From the NCBI GenBank assembly GCA_965205015.1, contig OZ242029.1, positions 4,928,001 through 4,992,000 of the forward strand: a stretch of 64,000 bases of DNA, given 5' to 3'. The stretch comes from Candidatus Poribacteria bacterium. Lineage in GTDB: Bacteria > Poribacteria > WGA-4E > WGA-3G. The notes beneath the pieces are model-generated. The model worked only from the letters and a program-made list of their open reading frames with translations, searched no databases and was not told the origin of the DNA. The position numbers were made by a program, and so were the translations under genes. Position 1 is the first letter of the stretch; the number at the start of each line of letters is the position of its first letter. This document shows positions 59,600 through 64,000 of the stretch, piece by piece.

Positions 59600-60808
59600 T
59601 TAATCGGTCAATCCATCTTGTTCTGCGAATTCAAACAGTTGCCCACCATCAATAGCCTTTATTTTGCCGCCATATTCCTCGGCAAGAGAGACAAGCAGCT
59701 CCGCACCAAGGGAAAGTTTTAAATCAATTTCAAGTGCGACAACATAGATAACGGCGTTGTTGCGGTTATGTTCACGCACAATATCAAGAATCTTCTGTGT
59801 ATTGGTCTCAATTTGTACATAAGCCCCGTCATCTACCTGCGGCAAGCCATCTGTTATCAAAACAACAACAGTCGGTTCAAACGTTAAGGCGGCTTTAATA
59901 GCAGAGAGGATGTTAGTGTCCAGATTGCCCTGAATACTTTGGGGAGTGAACCTGTCAAGATACTTCAAGACGCGCTCTATGTTTGCGGAGTTCGCCGGGA
60001 GCATTTCCTTGCTCATAGGTTTCGCTGTATCGGAAAACGCTACAATGTTCAGCTTATCGTTGTTTCCTAACATCATCACGGAATCTTTGAGAGCGTTTAT
60101 TGCCAGTGGCAATTTTTTCATCCCAGCAGCCTGCATACTTGCGGTTATATCAAGACAGTAGACGACATCTTTAGGTCCCCCGAATTCATCAAGGAAATCA
60201 ATGAGGCCGAGTCGATCTGCGGCGCCATCCTTTCCACCGCCACCGAGAAGTCCACCGTCGGAACCGCCCTGCCCATCACCACGGAATCTACCCATACCGT
60301 CGCCGCGCGCTCGGACCCTACCGGTAACAATACCGCGTCCATCCGTCCGTCCAGGCTGGGCGATCAGTCTGCTGAGATTTGACGCCTCCGCCTCCCGTAA
60401 TTGTGCGTCCGTCATAACATCTGGAATCATCTCACTCAAGGGTGCTTTGTTGACCTCTACGTCTTCGAGAACAACACGCGGACTGAGTTTCATGACCTCA
60501 TCTATTTTATTCCGAGCGGCTTCAATCTTTTTCTGCTCTGCATTTCGGGCGAGCTCCTCGTTGGGATCATACATCTTCTTAGTGAGCGGTGGTTTCGGTT
60601 TGGGTTTCCGTTTTCTGGGGGCATCGGCATCATTAATTAAGTCAACAGCGAGGGCATCCGCCTGTTCTTGACTGAGTTGATTTATTGGCAGAAACAGGTA
60701 GGTAATCGCGAAAATCATGTGTAGAATAAGCGATAATAAGATGACAGAGCGTGTGCGGTTTTTACGTCGTCTTGCATCAATGCCCCAAGTTAGCAAATGA
60801 TTTAACAT
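59600..60808 (-). CDS. Membrane-anchored VWA domain protein with Pro/Gly-rich linker
   Basis: N-terminal TM 'LLSLILH', MIDAS 'LDITASM', 'LITDG'. Confidence 0.85.
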   Translation of the reverse strand: MLNHLLTWGIDARRRKNRTRSVILLSLILHMIFAITYLFLPINQLSQEQADALAVDLINDADAPRKRKPKPKPPLTKKMYDPNEELARNAEQKKIEAARNKIDEVMKLSPRVVLEDVEVNKAPLSEMIPDVMTDAQLREAEASNLSRLIAQPGRTDGRGIVTGRVRARGDGMGRFRGDGQGGSDGGLLGGGGKDGAADRLGLIDFLDEFGGPKDVVYCLDITASMQAAGMKKLPLAINALKDSVMMLGNNDKLNIVAFSDTAKPMSKEMLPANSANIERVLKYLDRFTPQSIQGNLDTNILSAIKAALTFEPTVVVLITDGLPQVDDGAYVQIETNTQKILDIVREHNRNNAVIYVVALEIDLKLSLGAELLVSLAEEYGGKIKAIDGGQLFEFAEQDGLTD

Positions 60809-60897
60809 GATAAATTCCTCCGCGTTTCGTTTCTTTTTTCATTGCATGCTTTAAAATTATAGGTTATCAAGCAACATGTTTTGGGGTTTTCGGACGC

Positions 60898-61416
60898 CTA
60901 CGTTCCTGACGCAGCTTGTTGATTTTCAAAAGCCTGGATCCATGTTCTGCCTTCAGGTGTCAGTTCATAATAGGTGTGATTTCGGTGCTTGATCCATTTC
61001 CCCTTGACGATATTTTTTCGATAGTGGATGATCCGGCCTTCAACCCGTTTTAAACCACCCAGATCCCTCAATTTACGATGTCGCTGGTGCGTCTCTTCAA
61101 GCGGAATTCTCAAAGTTTCAGCGACAACGATAGAATAGTCCATCCCCAATTCTTGATGGTGTTTGAGTATAAAGTAATCGGTCTCATCAAGTTCGGCAAA
61201 CTCAGAGGGAAGTGCAATTGAATCCGTCGGCGTCTCGGTTGTTCGAACTTCATCCCACGCGACTGTCAAGAGTCGCTCTGGTCGGAAGCCTTGCACCGCA
61301 CGACAGTCGACGTGATGGACAGTTATCGTGCTGTCTTCCTTGAAGTATCCAGTGATTGCGTCCCCTTCTTGAGGGGCACAGCACTTCGCGATTTTATAGG
61401 TGAGTTCCGCTGCCAT
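60898..61416 (-). CDS. RelA/SpoT-like Cys (zinc-finger) module fused to a DUF2250-like winged helix
   Basis: 'YKIAKCCAPQEGDAITGY...ITVHHVDC' plus 'KHRNHTYYELTPEG'. Confidence 0.7.
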   Translation of the reverse strand: MAAELTYKIAKCCAPQEGDAITGYFKEDSTITVHHVDCRAVQGFRPERLLTVAWDEVRTTETPTDSIALPSEFAELDETDYFILKHHQELGMDYSIVVAETLRIPLEETHQRHRKLRDLGGLKRVEGRIIHYRKNIVKGKWIKHRNHTYYELTPEGRTWIQAFENQQAASGT

Positions 61417-61470
61417 ATCTTTGCACCATTGCAACACCGTCTATTAACCCAAGTTCCATTTTTTTATGGA

Positions 61471-61625
61471 TATAACCCGTTACAGGGTAGGCACGAGACC
61501 TACCCCTACAGGGTAGGCACGAGACCTGCCACAGGGTAGGCACAAGACCTACCACAGGGTAGGCACGAGACCTGCCACAGGGTAGGCACAAGACCTACCC
61601 CTACAAGGTGTCCTTTAGGGTTATA
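61471..61625. repeat. Five tandem REP-like units bounded by TATAACCC/GGGTTATA
   Basis: Unit ACAGGGTAGGCAC(A/G)AGACCT(A/G)CC(CCT), 23-26 bp, five copies at 61482-61605. Confidence 0.85.
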
Positions 61626-61632
61626 GGCGTCC

Positions 61633-62907
61633 TCATTCCCGTTCCAATGCGCGATATCCGATGTCCCGCCGCGCGTGTGCATTCTCAAAATGAATGACGG
61701 AAACGCCTTTATACGCCTGTTGAATCGCATCGCGCAACCTGCCAGCCACAGCCGTGACCCCTAACACTCGACCGCCATCGGTGACAATGTTTTCACCCTT
61801 CTGCTTTGTGCCTGCATGAAAGACGGTAACGCCCTCAATCGCATCGGCATCTTCAAGCCCTGTGATCACTTTACCTGTCTGGTAGGGATCTGGATATCCA
61901 CCTGAAGCCATAACGACACACGCTGCTGCCTCGTCATGCCATTGCACATCAGCGTACTGTTCAAGCGTTCCGTCAATGCATGCGATTAGCAAAGGGACTA
62001 AATCACTTTTGAGGCGAGGTAAGAGAACTTGTATTTCAGGGTCTCCAAAACGACAGTTGAATTCCACGACTTTCGGACCGGCCTCGGTAATCATCAATCC
62101 GACGTATAGCACACCTTTGAAGGGTCTTCCAATATCTGCCATGCCGTTGACAGTCGGGTAAACGATGCGTTGCATTACATCGTCATGTAATACTGGTGTG
62201 ATAACAGGTGCTGGAGAATAAGCCCCCATTCCGCCAGTGTTTTTGCCTATGTCCCCATCATGTGACATCTTATGGTCTTGGGAGCTGACAAAAGGGAGAC
62301 AGTAGGTGCCATCGGTAAGCACTGTGAAAGAGGCTTCTTCACCGATGAGTTCCTCTTCAATGACGACACTATCGCCTGCCTCACCGAATGCCCTATCCAC
62401 CAAAATCGTTTTGACGGCTTGCCACGCCTCCTTGAAGGTGCGTCCGGGGATGACGCCTTTGCCTGCCGCGAGTCCATTTGCCTTAACGAAAACTGGGGCA
62501 TTGCGATCTTCAATGTATGCCATCGCTGCTTCGGCATCCGTAAATGTCTGGTGTTCCGCTGTCGGGATTCCGTTTTTTACCATCAGCTGCTTGGCGAAAT
62601 CTTTACTCGCTTCCAAGCGTGCTGCGCGTTTATCGGGTCCAAATGCCTTCAACCCGCGTTCACTGAAGACATCTATAATCCCGTCAGCCAATGGGGCTTC
62701 GGGTCCGACAACGGTTAGCGCAATGCCTTGGGACGCTGTCCAATCTGCCAAGTCGGTAAACCGATCGGGCATGGGGATAGATTCTGAGATTTGCGCGATG
62801 CCAGCATTACCGGGCGTGCAATAGATTTTTTCGACGAGTGGACTCTGGGCAAGTTTCCATACGAGCGTATGTTCGCGTCCGCCTTGCCCCACAACCAGAA
62901 TTTTCAT
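61633..62907 (-). CDS. purD: Phosphoribosylamine-glycine ligase
   Basis: 'GGREH', 'VVGPEAPL', 'GLAAGKGV', 'QDHK', 'NTGGMGAYSP', 'EFNCRFGDPE'. Confidence 0.97.
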   Translation of the reverse strand: MKILVVGQGGREHTLVWKLAQSPLVEKIYCTPGNAGIAQISESIPMPDRFTDLADWTASQGIALTVVGPEAPLADGIIDVFSERGLKAFGPDKRAARLEASKDFAKQLMVKNGIPTAEHQTFTDAEAAMAYIEDRNAPVFVKANGLAAGKGVIPGRTFKEAWQAVKTILVDRAFGEAGDSVVIEEELIGEEASFTVLTDGTYCLPFVSSQDHKMSHDGDIGKNTGGMGAYSPAPVITPVLHDDVMQRIVYPTVNGMADIGRPFKGVLYVGLMITEAGPKVVEFNCRFGDPEIQVLLPRLKSDLVPLLIACIDGTLEQYADVQWHDEAAACVVMASGGYPDPYQTGKVITGLEDADAIEGVTVFHAGTKQKGENIVTDGGRVLGVTAVAGRLRDAIQQAYKGVSVIHFENAHARRDIGYRALERE

Positions 62908-62990
62908 GCTTACATATCCTTTTTGACTGTATTATAGCAGAATATGTTCGGAAAATCAAGCAATTTCGTCTGAAAGCCAACGCTTCTAAT

Positions 62991-63019
62991 TTGACAAAGG
63001 ATGTCGTATCTGTTATAGT
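62991..63019 (+). promoter_or_regulatory. sigma70-type promoter for the TA locus
   Basis: TTGACA-17 bp-TATAGT. Confidence 0.6.
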
Positions 63020-63078
63020 AATTTCGGTGTATCTTACAAATTCAGGTGTAACATTCACTGACAGAGAAAAAATCAATA

Positions 63079-63237
63079 ATGCGCAATACACAGCTCCGAG
63101 ACATAGAAGTTTACGAGACCTTAAATGGTCAAGTACCGTTCACTGAATGGTTTGCATCCATTCAAGATACAAAAACACAAACCAGAATTCGAGGACGACT
63201 TGATCGCCTGGAAAAAGGGAACTTTGGAGAAACAGCG
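63079..63237 (+). pseudogene. Truncated RelE/HigB-like addiction-module toxin (N-terminal half), in frame with the antitoxin
   Basis: 'EVYETLNGQVPFTEWFASIQD...RIRGRLDRLEKGNFG'; the expected C-terminal half (ELRI...GYRVY type) is absent. Confidence 0.8.
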
Positions 63238-63642
63238 ATGAGAAAGTACCGGAAATGGCGAGAAATCGTAATAGAGCAACTTGCAGCCGACTGGGATGCG
63301 GCATTTGACTATATTCAATTCGCAATGGAAGAATACCAAGTTGATGGGGATACCGCAGTGTTTCTGCTTGCCCTCCGAACGTTTGTAGAATCTCAAGGGG
63401 GTATTACTGAGCTTAGCAAAAAAACCGGCGTGAATAGAGAAATTTTCTCGAAAGTGCTTTCATCTGAGGAACCTCCGCGACTTGACATGTTCGTAACTAT
63501 TCTATCTGCCCTTGGGGGCAAACTTTCAATTAAACCGCTGGGATCCGAGGATTTTCGTGGAGAAAAGGAAGATGTGGATGCTGTGTTAGCAACATCAGAG
63601 GGTATAAAACCCGATATAGTATTCGCTAGAGATAACAAATAA
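63238..63642 (+). CDS. Addiction-module antidote protein (HTH antitoxin)
   Basis: 'FLLALRTFVESQGGITELSKKTGVNRE...LS....PRLD...IL.ALG'; own ATG with RBS GGAGA. Confidence 0.8.
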   Translation: MRKYRKWREIVIEQLAADWDAAFDYIQFAMEEYQVDGDTAVFLLALRTFVESQGGITELSKKTGVNREIFSKVLSSEEPPRLDMFVTILSALGGKLSIKPLGSEDFRGEKEDVDAVLATSEGIKPDIVFARDNK

Positions 63643-63864
63643 TACCATTTCTAAGAGATTATATCGCATTGACAGATCACCTCAAAGACTGCACAGGCTA
63701 ACAGCCTATGCTACAAAGATCTCGTTTATTGAAGCATTTTCAATCAGAAATGGTATAAGATCAGTTTTAATGCCACATAAGGACAGCCCAAGTTTTGAGC
63801 GAGATCTACGGTAAAATGCTTGCTGCTGCATGGCTCACTTAGATTGGGTAAGAGGAAACAGTCT

Positions 63865-64000
63865 ATGCGCTATTTGCGAGGTATCATTACATGGATTGAT
63901 TCATTGGAATCCGGCAGACAATTTCGGAGTTGGGCTGCAATTCTCGTCAAAATCCTTGCGGTGGTTGTTTTCGTAGGTATCAACGTATGGGGTATTGTAA
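63865..64000 (+). CDS. 5' part of a membrane protein, truncated by the window end
   Basis: ATG after AGAGG; MRYLRGIITWIDSLESGRQFRSWAAILVKILAVVVFVGINVWGIV, open to the end. Confidence 0.5.
   Translation, partial: MRYLRGIITWIDSLESGRQFRSWAAILVKILAVVVFVGINVWGIV

Noticed and set aside
61482-61605. Possible CRISPR array or small ORFs
   Set aside because: Head-to-tail REP units without spacers; the ORFs are translations of the repeat.

Overview
Bacterial chromosomal window of moderate GC from a diderm organism. The gene families and a recurrent C-terminal 'KLAxTWxxxK' motif suggest a Ca. Poribacteria-like genome (inference, no search run). From left to right: (1) an AT-richer convergent restriction-modification pair (1-3647); (2) sugar-catabolism genes (TIM-barrel isomerase, three Gfo/Idh/MocA oxidoreductases, PhyH dioxygenase, nagB) plus a MOSC protein; (3) a ~21 kb co-oriented island (12.1-33.3 kb); (4) two fused ABC exporters; (5) mostly housekeeping or metabolic genes (rcnA-like, NHL proteins, nusB, M14 peptidase, ggt operon, lptFG, lacD, polyprenyl synthase, VWA, purD) and a deletion-fused toxin-antitoxin locus. 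The island is the best candidate for an undescribed system. It holds three ~980-aa one-component ECF sigma factors (sigma2/sigma4 + TM helix + Asp-box beta-propeller), a SpoIVB/S55 peptidase, a TonB-dependent receptor flanked by two paralogous anchored proteins, and two ConA-like secreted paralogs. A bipartite motif TTATGCA(A/C)C-N20-TC(A/T)TTAAT occurs four times in the island at identical spacing. An intact IS4-superfamily element (16-bp IRs, 9-bp TSD) and many REP/MITE-like repeats are also present. I found no rRNA, tRNA or CRISPR array.
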